A stretch of 64,000 nucleotides of DNA from Epiperipatus broadwayi (lineage: Eukaryota; Animalia; Onychophora): assembly GCA_028023455.1 (NCBI GenBank), contig JAQFVV010000009.1:10788001-10852000 (forward strand), read 5' to 3'. The position numbers were made by a program, and so were the translations under genes. Shown here one piece after another: positions 27,846-42,200 of the stretch; the first letter of the stretch is position 1; every line of letters starts with the position of its first letter. Below the pieces are notes generated by a model, which ran no database searches, was not told where the DNA came from, and saw only the letters and a program-made list of their open reading frames with translations.

Positions 27846-28597
27846 TTATTAACTCTTTAGCTAATTCCAACCAATGTCTTTCAAATAAAAATTTTATTAT
27901 ATAATAAATAAAATAAATTTTTAGAACTATTATATACAACAGACATTTATGTTTTTTTATAATACAAATATCATTCTTTTATTCTAACACAAATTAAACA
28001 ATTGTTAATACATTCTTACCATATTACACTGAAAATGTATTTTCACATAATTATATCTTTCCAGCATAATATTATATAAATAAAATAACAAATATATTTG
28101 AAATATTAAAAATTTAGGTGTATTATTTGAAATCTACTATGGTGAATGCATTAATGAAAATATACATAATAAAGAAAGAATAATAATTTCATCCATACTA
28201 TAAAATTTATTATTTATACATTCATTATTAACTTTTTAGCCAATTCCAAGCAGCCTCTCTCAAATAAAAATTTTATTATACAACAAATAAAATAAATTTT
28301 TTGAATTATTATATATAACAAACATTTACATTTTTTATAATACAAATATCATTCTCTCATTCTAACACAAATTAAACAATTGATAAAATATTCTCACTAT
28401 ACCATACTGGAAATATATTTATATATATCTTTCCATTATAACATTATACAAATAAAGTAACAAATATATTTGAAATATTAAACATTTAACTGTATTATTT
28501 GTAATCTACTATGGTGAATGCAGTAACAAAACTATACATAATAAGGAAATAATAATAATTTCATTAATACTATAAACTTTATTATTTACACATTCAT
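27846..28597 (+). repeat. Diverged tandem duplication, period ~379 bp, probably of a LINE RT tail
   Basis: Units start at 27846 and 28225. The first unit encodes IKNLGVLFE (cf. KYLGV.FD). Confidence 0.85.
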
Positions 28598-29128
28598 TTT
28601 TAAAATGAATAAAGTCAATTCACAATAAATAGATTTATTCAATATTATCTCGTCACAGTTTATTTCTAATATTTCAAATTTTAATCTTATTCACTGATAT
28701 TTTATAGGTATGCAAGTACATAAAATGTCAGTGTTATACATAACAAAACTTAATTATAAAAGAGTTTATTAAAATTTATGATATTCCACTATTTATGATA
28801 CTCTTAAAATGAAGCTTCATTACTTATCATTACTAAATTATCATTTGAATCTTTTTAATCCTATTCTGAATTAATATTTAATCAGTTGTTTTTATCAAAT
28901 TCTTTTGAGTGATTTTTAAATTATGATTAATATAAAGTAAAACTTCTCTATCTTTAACATTAAAATTTTAACTATCCAATATACTCTTTCATATCATCTG
29001 GCTTCAAGTTTAATTACAAAACAAATTATTTTTTCTTCTTTTCATAGTTAAACTTGATATTCATATATATTTCTTATAATAACTTCTTTCATACACACTT
29101 TAATGCAAAAAATTTTTTTTAAATAAAA

Positions 29129-29163
29129 CTGATGAAGACTGCTGGACAAATGAAACTGTCAGG
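29129..29163 (+). ncRNA. Decayed HHR-like motif
   Basis: CTGATGA agactgctggacaaat GAAA ct GTC agg, followed by aaataaa. Stems I and II are broken. Confidence 0.4.
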
Positions 29164-29795
29164 AAAATAAAGAAGTTTTATTAAATTTTTTTTTTGCATT
29201 AAAGTATATATATATAAAAAGTTATTATAAGAAATATATATGAATATTTGAAGAAATGCAAAGAAAGTAAAGGAGAAGAATAAGTGTATATTAAACTTTA
29301 TATCAGATAATGTGGAAAAGTTATACTGGTTTAAAAAAAATATTAACAAAAATTGGCAAGTTTGACATTATATGGAATTCTGTCCAAAAGATGTATTTAC
29401 TTCAACTACAATTAATTATCATGCTATTTTTCCTACAAAAACTTATTGACCTTTATATTACCTATTCATAAATCTTTTTTGTAATATTATTCAATGTTAT
29501 ATATTTTTTTACTCTTACACCCAACTATTACAATAATTTCTTATAATTGTATAATTATTTTTGTATTTATTTAATTTTACTTGTTTTTTAACATCATTTC
29601 ATCATAACTTAGAATTCTATTTTGTCTTCCTTTTATCTTTAAACAAGTATTTTTTATTTAATTAATTTGAAACTCTTTGTTTTTTTTTAAATTTGCTTGA
29701 TGTCTGGTCTTTTTGTCTTCACCATTATATTTGCTTATCAGCATGTACATGCATTTCTTCTAACAGTAAACATATTCACTACTATCTATCTATCT

Positions 29796-29796
<1 letters not shown>

Positions 29797-29841
<45 letters not shown>
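29797..29841. repeat. Poly-C run (45 nt) inside a short (ATCT)n tract
   Basis: Direct observation. Confidence 0.95.
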
Positions 29842-29843
<2 letters not shown>

Positions 29844-31003
29844 TATCTATCATTTACAGCATTGTTGCTTTATATTATAACAAAATGAAAATATCAAATA
29901 AATGAAGTATAAATAAATAACTATTAAAGAAGTATATAAATATAACAAGTTTTCATATTATATTTCAATTTATGCAAATAGACTAGATTTTTCTATATGT
30001 GTGTGCTCAAAATTTATCAATATCAAATATTACATGTCCTAAAATATGATATACAGTATTTAAAATCTTATGTATGAAAGAAAAAAATGGAGAGAGAAAA
30101 ATTATTTCATATGATTGTGTTTAATATCTTTAATTAAAGATTATAGCAGCTATCTGGGCTAAAAATGATATGATAATCTCTATCTAATAAATGATTAGTA
30201 ATAATCATTAAAGTATTTGCAAAATAAAATAATGTCATTGATGTGAATGCTGGAAATTTGACATGTATAGATTAAATTATAAAGATTATGATATAATTCA
30301 GAAATTTAAATACAACAATAACTGCTGACAAGCAATTGCAAACTATCATTGATGATGATTGAGTATCATTGTTTGCTCATAATATTCTATTGTCTAATTA
30401 TTACACTTGTTTTCAGCCAGAAAACGTATATGTACATTGTATAAAAATTGTAAAGTTGTCAAAATTGAAATTTGAGCATCTGTGGCTATGATGATGACCA
30501 CTCCAACTAAAATTCTCATAAGATTGCCAAATACATAATGAAAACAAATTCTCACATTGGGCTTATTATAATGTAATTATAAAATTAAATATCTCTTTAG
30601 TACATCACATCTACCATAATCAAGACAAAATTACTTAATTATATAATGCTTATATAAATAGCTAAGGTTAAACTATTAATTTAATTATACACACATCCTT
30701 AAAGAGAAGTCTTTATTTTTTGGAGAAGAGGCGCCATCTATCCTCTAAACATGTCAATTAAAGTATAAGCATGTGCATCTCCAAAATATATATTACAACA
30801 TGGTTACAGATCTCAGTCAATATTTTAATGCAGACTTCTGAGGTTATGATAACACAAAAACAATATATCCATTCACAATATCATAAATCACAATATAGAA
30901 GATATGTATTGAATTTAAAATAGTAAACTAAGTCTATATTTTAAATAACAAAAATATTTAATAAGTAACAATAAGATTAATTTAACATATAATTAATAAT
31001 ATA

Positions 31004-31264
31004 AACAATGAGGATTGCCAATTCCTCAACAAGCTTTGTGATAAATGCTTAGCCAGAGCCAGCATTTAAAATATCTCTAGGTTCAGACAACCATGGTTAG
31101 GGGTTTGGGGGTGGAGGGGTGGAGGTTCCTGACAGATATTTTAAATGCTGGCTCTGGCTAAGCATTTATCACAAAGCTTGTTGACAAATTGGCAATCCTC
31201 ATTGTTTATAACTTACAAGCTTAAGAGAATAGGGTCATGTGATCTATGACTCTTATTTTGACCA
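31004..31264. mobile_element. Palindromic insertion of unknown family, 13-bp TSD
   Basis: Near-perfect ~76-bp arms at 31000-31075 and 31134-31210, a G-rich ~58-nt loop and a 54-nt tail. AATTAATAATATA lies at 30991-31003 and 31265-31277. Confidence 0.8.
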
Positions 31265-31478
31265 AATTAATAATATACATTTGTTTTCATATATATTTCT
31301 TAGTTATAGGCAACTATTTATGTAAGAGTTTTAATTATATACATTTTTTGAAGTTTTGTCATGATAGCATTTTATTATATCAAAAGAAAACTTAGTCATA
31401 ATCCAAATGTTATTTAACATAAACTAAGTTATAATATTTCTGTATGTGTGAATTTAATCAAAATAATACACATCTTTA

Positions 31479-31662
31479 TAATAATAAATTGTGCTTTCAC
31501 ACTTCCAACGTAAAGCTATAACAACAAATTGAAAACTAAATTAAATGGCCAAGCGCTTTCAAGAAGATGTACTTTGTTGTTATAGCTTTACGTTGGAAGT
31601 GTGAAAGCATGATTTATTATTATATTGGACAAACATAAAGTATAAATATACAGGTTATTACT
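31479..31662. mobile_element. Palindromic insertion, 15-bp TSD, with the 3' half of an HHR-like motif in the loop
   Basis: Arms at ~31477-31528 and ~31573-31624, then a 38-nt tail. TAATACACATCTTTA lies at 31464-31478 and 31663-31677. The loop on the minus strand contains GAAA gcgc TT ggcc. Confidence 0.85.
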
Positions 31663-34329
31663 TAATACACATCTTTAGCAGTTAGTTATATCAAATATTC
31701 ATTTAATTTTATGTAAAATTACTTAATTTTTCAAAAATACTTTTCACTTAATTCTAGGGGTTCTAAATATTAATTTTGAATGTAAGTGTATTTATCTATA
31801 AACTTTATATAATGGTAATCAAATAATGAAACTTGATGTGACCTATTCTAGAATCCCTACAATAAGACCTGTATGAAAATATACTACAAAGATATGCTAC
31901 TAAGAGAGAAATAGAATTAAAAACTTTACTTACTGCTTAAACTGATTGCTATAAATTTGGGATATTTTCTTTACATAAAGCATTCTTATCGTTGAACCCA
32001 ATACGATTGGCTTAAAGGTAGAAAAGGGTCTAACCATCTGATCCTTTCCAAAACTATGCCTATATATTTGTTGAGATCCCATCTCTACTCAATAAAATTA
32101 AAATGTCATCTTAATAATAATTCCATAAATAATTTTTTTTAAGAATTAAAATTTAAAAAGATTGTTCTATGTAAATTAAAAGCAATTCCATTGATTTTGA
32201 AAAAAATCTTTAGGGAATAATTGTTTACTTCTCTGCAGATCAATCAAACATGAATTTCTTAGAAGTATTATATCATGCCACTAAAAATATAAGGACAGTC
32301 AAATCTGGTCACAGTTAAATTGCAGTCAATTCATTACCAACCCAGGTAATTCAAAAATTTTTTGCACAATCTTTTTTATTTACATGTATATAGATATCCA
32401 TAGCATGTCTGAGAGAGTAAATAGATCATTAAGTTTACATATTTATATGTATTTTTAATTTACAGTGAAACAAACCAAAGGACTAACAATTGTTGAATTT
32501 AATCAGACTAAAGGAGTAACTTATGATTTTCTTTTGTTTTATTTCTCTCCCATCAGCATGCATTTGGATTTATGAAAAGATCTATGTTTGATATTTATTT
32601 TAATCCAGTTGTAAATAAATTTTATGAATCACTATTTTGTGAATAATAAGAGTTGTTAAAGTTTAACTGATGTATATATTTTTTATTATTTTAATTCTTG
32701 TAAATAAAATGTGAATAGTTTCTCATTTATTGAGACAGACTTCAATCACATGTCAGGCTTAATTCATTATTACATTTATCTGAAATTATAAATTATTTTT
32801 TTGAGTATATTTGAAATCAATAAAATTTACCCTTTGATTTTTATATATTATATCAGAACCTTGTTTTCACATTCTTATTCATACAGAGATAGAAATAAAC
32901 TTTAAACATTATAAAAGTCTCATTATTTTCATAAATAATTTCTGGTATAGATTAATGTCAAGTATACAGATTTTGAACCTCTCCAAGTACCATTGTATTG
33001 CAGAGAAGCAATAAAATACCAAATGATAGGATAAAGAAAACCTATGAAAAGATATAAATGGTATGTAATGCTATTTCAGGTAGGTTCAAAGGGGAAAATC
33101 ACAGAATCAGTGAACTCAACACCCAAATTAACAATATGAACATTATAATTTTATGTAATTATATTTTGATATTCTGTCATTATAACTATTAATGTAAAAA
33201 ATACTAAAGCAGAGTTTAAATACAAATCTTACTAAATTTTATATTTAAACTCTCTTTTAGTATATACATTTATAATTGTATTCAAATAATAATATGTGTA
33301 TATAAGTGATTAAAAATATGAAAAGGGTTTGTTATTTTTGCTTTTGATTGAAATTTTTTTTTAAAAAAGTGTTTACCAAAACTATATTCTAAATGAACTT
33401 CACTAAATATATATAATTTTACTTTAAATCAATTTCACATGTATAGTGCATGTATGCATATCACTAGATATATTTAGTATGTGTACATAATTATATATGT
33501 ATAATAAATCAGTAAATAATTTTTTGTTTGAAATTGACATTTTTTTATTTTTATTTGAAAAAAAAATATTTTTTTTAAGAAAGCTTAACAAAACTATACT
33601 ATAAACAAACTTTTGTATTACTTAAAAAATCTCTACACTATCCTCTAGGAAGCTTTACTTAAAACAAGTGAAAGTTTTAAGAAGAATTTAAAAATTTAAA
33701 TATTAAAGTATTCAACATTTTTTCACCCTCTGTGCAATATCTAAAAAACTAGGTGACCTACTAAAAAGATTAGTGTTTTATATGATTAGTTTAGTATTAA
33801 TTGATTGTATACCAAATTTCAAGTAATTCTATTGAATTCAAATGTATTAAATCTCAATTTTAAAATTTCATTTTAACTTAAAAAATATTAAAGGTTTACA
33901 AGCTAACATACCAACAAACAAACCAATTTTCCAACTTCAATAAAAGCATTTACAAATAGAAATATTAAAGCACTTTTTTTTAATTCTAGGAATTTTTATG
34001 AAATCAATCATCAATCAGTATATACTTTTAATGTAAAATTTATGAAAAGTTTTTTTTTTAAATGAAAATTCTCTAATAGTTTATTAATAAAACTCTTTTG
34101 GTGTTTAACTATATGGATTCTTTTGTTTTAAAATGATATAAATTCCCTAGATTAGCCTTCTGTTTTATGTGTGTGAGTTGACACAATTGCATTTAAGCAG
34201 TACAGAAACTATGAATCCCTTTTGCTTTGAAGTTGCTAAATCCTAGGTAGCTTTTCTCTTACTAAAAATATAACTGTCATTGGAATTTTTTTTAGTCAGG
34301 AGGATATGTTGAGATAAGTTTTCAAAAAG

Positions 34330-34560
34330 TCTGTCTACAATTTGATAAAACTATCCATGTCACTAAGAGACATTGTGGATATAAGATTCCTCCAATGGAA
34401 TTTTTTTAGTTATTTACCAAGAATAGATGGCAGTAATACAAGAGATTTGTAATTGATTGTATTGTAAGAAGGCAGGGACATTCTGCAGTTAGGTTTATGC
34501 TATCAGCTGCTATTACTGTTTCATGAACTACAATAATACTAAACTTAACTCTCATAACTG
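34330..34560 (-). mobile_element. Degenerate LINE RT fragment
   Basis: NYKSLVLLPSILGK*LKK resembles NYRPI.LLP.LGK.LEK. Confidence 0.4.
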
Positions 34561-35138
34561 GACTTAATCTTTTATAGTCTGCATTGGAAAACTCTTTTCA
34601 ATAATAGAAAAATAAGATAATTGACTGTTATCAAAATAACAAATCAACATCTTTAATTAATTTGAAAAGTTTAGTAAACACATTTAATTAATTTAACCTA
34701 ATAAAAGATTTCTTTCTTTTTAAAAAACAAATCTTTAGAAATTATATTACTTTGAAATTGCAAAACACATTTAAAAGTAATGTTTCAAAATTAATCTTTA
34801 ACGAAAGTAAAAGTATTTTTTAAATCAATCTTTTAAATCTGTAATTTAAAATTAAAAATCAATGAAAGAGAGTAACTAATTTCTTTCTTTTTAGATTTCA
34901 AAGAAAATGAAAAATATATTTAAACAATTTTAATAAAATACATTAAACCAGTTTGTAGTAACTTATTTAGGGTATTGTATATATATATATGCGTATGTAT
35001 GTGTGACGTATCAAACCCATATCATATAAGTTAAAATAATTTGAATCATTTAATAGTGTTATTGAAAATGATAAGACCAAAGTATCCCACAGTATAATAA
35101 ATTCCCCCCAGTTGTAAGTACATTTCTCATTATATTAA

Positions 35139-35315
35139 TCAGATCCAAGGCTCCTCACTGACGAAGTCCTCAAGCCAGAAACTAGTCTGGGGATATTGGA
35201 TGAGTAGGCACTAGATGGGGATTTTAAGCAAAGCCTTCTGGCATCCATTGATTACTCTGGCTTGCAATGAGTGGCAATACGTATAATGAATTTCGCCTGT
35301 TTTAATATTATTGTG
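35139..35315 (+). mobile_element. 5'-truncated diverged copy of HHR family A
   Basis: Aligns with 53455-53632, starting just 5' of HHR stem I. Confidence 0.85.
35153..35192 (+). ncRNA. Type I hammerhead ribozyme motif, family A variant
   Basis: cctca CTGACGA a-gtc-ctcaa-gcc-a GAAA ctag TC tgggg. Stem I is kept through a U-G pair; stem II has one mismatch. Confidence 0.7.
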
Positions 35316-36859
35316 AGTTGGTAACTTTGTAAACAGTGAATAATTTTAAAAAATTTCAATTTTTCAAGAAAAGACTCAAGCTAACCGAGTTTTCACTATA
35401 TATTTACAAAAATACTCACTATTTACTAAACCACTGTTAAGCAAATTACATATATAGACAGTGTTTTGAAATTGCAATAATCTTTCACTTATTTAATATT
35501 TCATAAAAATAAAACTCTGTTTAATAGAAGAGATTATTATATTAATAGCTTGCATCCACTGTAAAAAGAAGTGGGAAGAAACTTTATAGTGATTTTAAAA
35601 ACCATAGGTTCTTTTAATTGATTTGTTTATTTTAAAAATGATAATAATTAATAATTGGAATTTTTAACGATTAATCACTAGGCAAAAAATAATTGATAAA
35701 ATTTCAAAAAAATTATCCAGTTAACAGTAGCAAATATTCGTGAGAGAGAATTATAATTTTATTGTAATTAGCAGAATGTTTCTATTTAATTGACTATCTA
35801 ATCTATACCAGTACTTTCGCTTTTAAGGTACATTTGTGAATGCGTGATATGTATATTATCAATAGTTATCAATAATCTAGATGCAAATAACTTTGGTTTC
35901 TGATTTTTTAAAAATATTACTAAAGCAAGGAAAAACTAGTTTACCTACAGTCACGCCAGGATACATTTATTATATTTATGGTTACATCTAATTGATTAAT
36001 TTACTTTATTTCACTATTCTAGTTGTACATTATTTATTCCATCCTCAACAGTCATGATTTAATCAATAAAAAGTACTTTTTAAAATTATGTGACAAAAAC
36101 ATGAACAGTTTATTTATTGTTTAGTGAAAGTAAAATACTTTTAAATTTGTAAATACAAAAATTATTCATGTGAGATAGCAGGTGGATAACTAAAATTCTA
36201 AACTGGATCCCAGACGACTTTAAAAGTAACTTTATGTGAGATGAATTAATACAGAAAGTTTTATGGAATAATATAGGTAAAAAAAGCATTACCTTGAAAT
36301 AAATTCCAAGAAATTTTTAGCCTCAAATATGTTCCAAATTATATGTATGAAAAACATTTTAATTAAATAAGATCAGTTAATAAGCAATATTTTAAGAGGT
36401 AATTCCAAGACCCATCAATATTAAATTCAATTAAATATCATGTTAATCTTATTATTTAATTTTAATCTATGGCCCAAAGTTATTTATTAGAAAAATTACT
36501 GCAGACCTTCTTGTTTGTGAGATTCAATATCGAATTTACTATTAATGATATTTAAATAATTCATTGTCTTCTAACATAGTATTATATGTGTGTGTACATA
36601 ACTGTAAGATTTTTTAAGTCATAAAGATAGAGGCTGGAATGCATAATAAGCATTGATATTATTAAGTATGATCTAGTAGTCTTAATCTAGTAGTCTTTAT
36701 TCTAACAATATCTTTTATCTGATTTTAAAAAATAGCAATAATGGGATCTGCAAATATTCATCATGTTGTTTTTTGTCATAAGTTTTACAAAACTGTAGTA
36801 ATATAGATTTACTATTTGTGAATGTAATAGATTATAAAATTGGATATGCTATTTTGTCT

Positions 36860-37340
<481 letters not shown>

Positions 37341-39374
37341 TTTCTGTCAGGCTGTTTATATGTCTGTCTGTCTCTGTCCCTCTATCTCTCTGTTTCTGTC
37401 TCTGTCTGTCTATCTCTCCATTTATTCATCCATCCATATATATATCTATTTATTTATTATCTATCTATATCCATACATTCATATTCTTTTTTGAATTTTA
37501 TTCAGACTCATTATAATGTCCTTAGTAAGTATTAAATTGCTAAATGTTAATGTATGAGAAGAGATTTCAAGTCAATAAAAAAAAATCCACATTAGACAAC
37601 TTTTAAATGGTAAACATGAAAATTAAGGTAGATTATCACATGGCAGTGGTATTGCTAGAATTTTCAGATAACCATGCAAAATTTCAAAAAAGGCCTTTCT
37701 TAGTATTTGTAATATATATCTTAATACTTTTATTACCATCTTTCAATTTAATGGTCAACAATCTAAAGTTATTTAAAATCCAAGTATATTTGTTTGCTTC
37801 ATGATAGCTATGCTATACTCCTAAGTTAATGGTGTCATATAATACTTGGCTTTTATATATCACTTATGGTTACTATTTATCCATATAACTTATTAATGTA
37901 TACTACTTCAGAAACTAATTTTAAGGTAATATAGCTGGAGAACTAAATTGATTTGAGTTCAAAATCCTAGGCTTTCGAAACTTTACATTGACAATTAATA
38001 TGGTATTGTATATATATATATCATTAAAAACCAGTCAACAACTTAGACAATTATAATATCAATAACAATTAACAATCTCAAATTGTTGTCAAGGCAACCT
38101 CCTTTTAACAATATATATATATATATTTCTATTAAACAATATATATATATATATTTCTATTAAACACTGTCACACTTCTGAGAAATGAATAAAGATGTCA
38201 GAAAAAAAAAAATAAACCTCAAAATGAATAAATTAGCAATTGAATGGAAAACTGCAATAGGGTTTCCATCTAAATGAGAGACAGCAAGAAATTAGTAGTA
38301 GAGTCTATTAACAATAACATATAGATTCTTCTAATTAAATCAGTAAGAAGTTATCAGTGTTTAATTATTTATTTTGCTTTGATGTCATATTTTTTGCTAT
38401 TCTTTTTATATGATATGGAATTGAAAAGAAGATGAGTGAGAAAATGCTAAAATGCATTAGAATATTATATCAAGTTTCCTTACAAGATTTTTATTTATAT
38501 TATGCATTTATTGACAATTACAGACATTTAACAATTACATAAATAATTACAAATCTTTATCAGATCAAAACTTAGAATTTTGAGGATATATCTATAAACT
38601 CTAATTATTATTTTATTCTCAAAATTCTACTTTCTTACTCAATATTAAACTCTCTTTATTCATAGGTAAGATTATATATTGTAATAAATAAATAATCTGA
38701 AATTAGAGACCAATATTGATTTAAGTAATCTGAATAAAACCAGCAAGAGGAAGAATTAGCTATATAGATAATTCACATAATGTATGTGTTTACTTTACAA
38801 AAAATATCTATGGCATTATTATTAAAACTGCTTCTTGCAACTTGGATCCTTTAATTCTTTGATTAAAACGCCACTCATACCAAATCCCATAATCATTTCA
38901 TTCTAGACACATATGGTGAAAGCTAGTTTGGGAAGAACAAAAGATTCAGATAATATGGTACTGTTAATAAATGTGCAGATAACAGATTCATACAAAATAT
39001 TTAATAATAATAATAATAAAGAATTTAATAATAATTCATAAAATTTAATTATTTATACAAAGGTAAGACTATTTTATATTTTAGATTAAATGAAATAATT
39101 CTGATAAAGGTTTAAAATCAAAATTAAATTTAGTGGAGGAATGGGATACATAATTCATTCTTTATTATACTTACATTTTTTTCTTTTGTTTAAATAATTG
39201 AAAACAAAATTTATTTTAAAATTATTCTTGATTTCTACTTAAAATAATTCTTCTTAAATGAGAGAACATAATTTTTGAATTTACATATTTGCTATACTGA
39301 AAGTAAAAAAAAAAGATATTAAAATAACAGTTAATCAAATAAAATATCTAAAAAACAAATTACTGGATTTGTCT

Positions 39375-39412
<38 letters not shown>

Positions 39413-40689
39413 GTTAACTTCATTCATATCTAAAGCATTCAAAGATACATAATAAGAAAATCTTAAATTGTAGGACAATTATTAAAATTAAATATTTTAT
39501 TTACATACTAAAATGGCAGATTAAATGAACTTAACGTTATCATTATAAATATTGGAATAGTAATTTTATTTAAATAAATTGAAAAATGTTCTTTTTCTAA
39601 AGTCTATTAGAGATATGGATTTATTTCCAATGTTGTATATTTTTTTAGCATTCAATTGGAACTTGAATCAGCTTTTGCCAGCATAACTTTGACAACTTTC
39701 CAGTGCAAATCTATGATGTCAGAAATTCTTTTCTGAATAATACAAGTTATTCTGTAATAAAAATGTGGTTATGATGATAATGATAGGATAATTATCCTTC
39801 CAGGCATAGGAAGCTAATATAAGTCATATAATTTCTTTAACTTTGTGTGGCTTTAGTTTAGGTTAGGATAGGTTAGATTACCTTGATTTTAATTAGAAAC
39901 CATAAATATTCATTGAAAACTCTTCTGTCTTAAAATGAAATAATTTAATTTTTTTTTTAGATTTTTATAAGTTCTCTTAAAAACCCAATTTTACTCTCAA
40001 ACAAAAGTTATTATTCTCCAATATTTTTTATAAGTTTATTTTGCTTTTGAAACTCACTAATTAGTATGTTTGATCTACTAATGTAAAGTTGTTTTCTCAT
40101 TATTTAATTTTAGTTCCACTGAAAAGGTTTACCAAAAAAATAAAATTTGCTATCTTTTTGAGTTATAATTTTTAAAATACATTACTGAAGGGAAATATCT
40201 AATACTAAGTTGAAACATAAGCAATTTCTTTTAACACTTTTTAAAATAATTTATATGTATACATGACTGAAAATTATTATATATGTTGTAACTAGGATGG
40301 CCATTTGAAGGCTAAAAAAGTATGGAAAAAACCCACAAAAGTTCTACATTATTATTTAAGAAAATTATATAATATACAGTTAATAAAGAGTTATAATTTA
40401 TGTTGGCAATGGATAACCAATTTAGTCCATAAATGATGTGTGTGCATGTACAATAATAGTTAATGAATATTTACACATATCAATATTTCAATAATTTATC
40501 ATATAAAAATAATCATTATAAAAATTAAGACAAATGTAAATTAAAATTATGAAAATTAATATAAAATGAATGCTAAGTGGTTTTAAGGGCATTAAATATT
40601 CTTATAGTCATAGCATTAGAATATTCATGGTTGTATAGGTATTCATATACATAGGCAATAGATTATTCAAACTGTATGTAAATCAGATC

Positions 40690-42200
40690 CATTTCTTAAA
40701 AAGGGGAAAGCAGAATTTCTTCCAATTTATGGCATTCTGTATGGTTGTTAGCTATATTCCAGGTTTCTTTGATCTTCCACTTTGAGTCATTTTATTCAAT
40801 GAATGCTATGGTGACAGATGTAGGCTCAAATGTATGTTCTGCAGTGTTTTGGTGCTTGAAAAAAATTGACTTAGGCTTGGGATTATCTGTGTCTTGTCTT
40901 TAAAGATATTTGTATTGGGAGATCCAAGTAGAGAAGGATGCATGTGATTTACCATAATATATAGCATTGCATCCTGCTTGGAGGCATGTAATTTTGTATA
41001 CAGTGTGCAATGTTTTTTTTTGTATTGAGTCTGTCCTTGGGATATTCTCCTTAATAACACACAAAATTTTATTTGATTGTTTTTTAAACACTATTCCAAA
41101 ATTTGTAATGTTAAATTTATAAAGCTAAACTTGTTTGGAAATTTAAAAGGTGCTTGAAAATATTTAGATATAAATTGAGATATTGGAAAAGTTTATTTTA
41201 TGAAGAATTGCAAAAATATTCTAGGTTTTAGATAAAGTAGAAGATAAAATATTCTTTTACAGAGTGAAATCTTTTTCCAGTTGTTCTCAAAGAAGAAAAA
41301 TGTGAAGAATGAGACATTACTTACTAGGCCTAGTGATGAGAGTTTAATATTTTTCTATTTTGTTTATCAGCTCTTCTTTTACCAATTAATACTTGAGGTC
41401 TACTTGTGATGGGTTTGTAATCTGGAAAAAAGTCTAAGATTTACTTTGTTTAAATTCAAGTACTAGCTCATGAGCATTGATAAGCAAATTAATCATTAGC
41501 CCTGTGGTTCTCTGATATATATGCAAATGCAAATATTTTGAAATTATTATTGATTGGATAATATATTTTCATGATCTTAGGATTTTTGTAATTATTTTTT
41601 TTGGAATTTATGCAAAATGAAAGGAAGTTTTCATGGATGAAGCATTATTAACTCAATTTCACATATATTAGCAATTATTGTAAGGACATGAAAAAAATAT
41701 TTTTGGTGAAATATAATTTAATCTACAGATAATAAAAACCTTTTACTAAAGAACAGAATATTTCTTGAAAGAGGACTGAAAAAGTATGGTAAAAAATAAT
41801 GTTGGGCCAATATGTTTTGTTAGCTTGAAATAATATTACTCATTAAGCCATAATATAAAATTTAATATGTAGTATTAGTTTTGCCTATGGATAGAATTTT
41901 TTTAGATCATCTAGATGCTCATCAGTTGGAGGAGGTGGTTTCATGATAGATTTTGAATTTAGTTAGATGTATTAGTTGTCCATGGGCATCATTGAGATTT
42001 CATAGATCATTGATGATCTGGTCTAATTTTTCAGTTTCAAAATAATTGGCTTTATGATAATGTGAATGTTAATTTAATTTTTTTATGAGTCATTGAATTT
42101 TAATTCTAATTTAGTTTCTGAAAGTGTTTGAATCCTCAATTGATCCTCCCTCTTTTTTTCCATACTCAAATAAGAATGCATATAAATTAGCAACTATATT
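40690..42200 (-). mobile_element. Decayed Penelope-like element (RT remnants plus GIY-YIG), same family as the 2.3-3.2 kb relic
   Basis: TVYKITCLQAGCNAIYYGKS and NDSKWKIKETWNIANN (cf. NDSKRKMKETCYIANN at 2.9 kb). Upstream RT-like traces IIANICEIE and LNSHH. The extent beyond ~41700 is uncertain. Confidence 0.7.

Noticed and set aside
29693-29905. Poly-proline ORFs
   Set aside because: They arise from the poly-C run.
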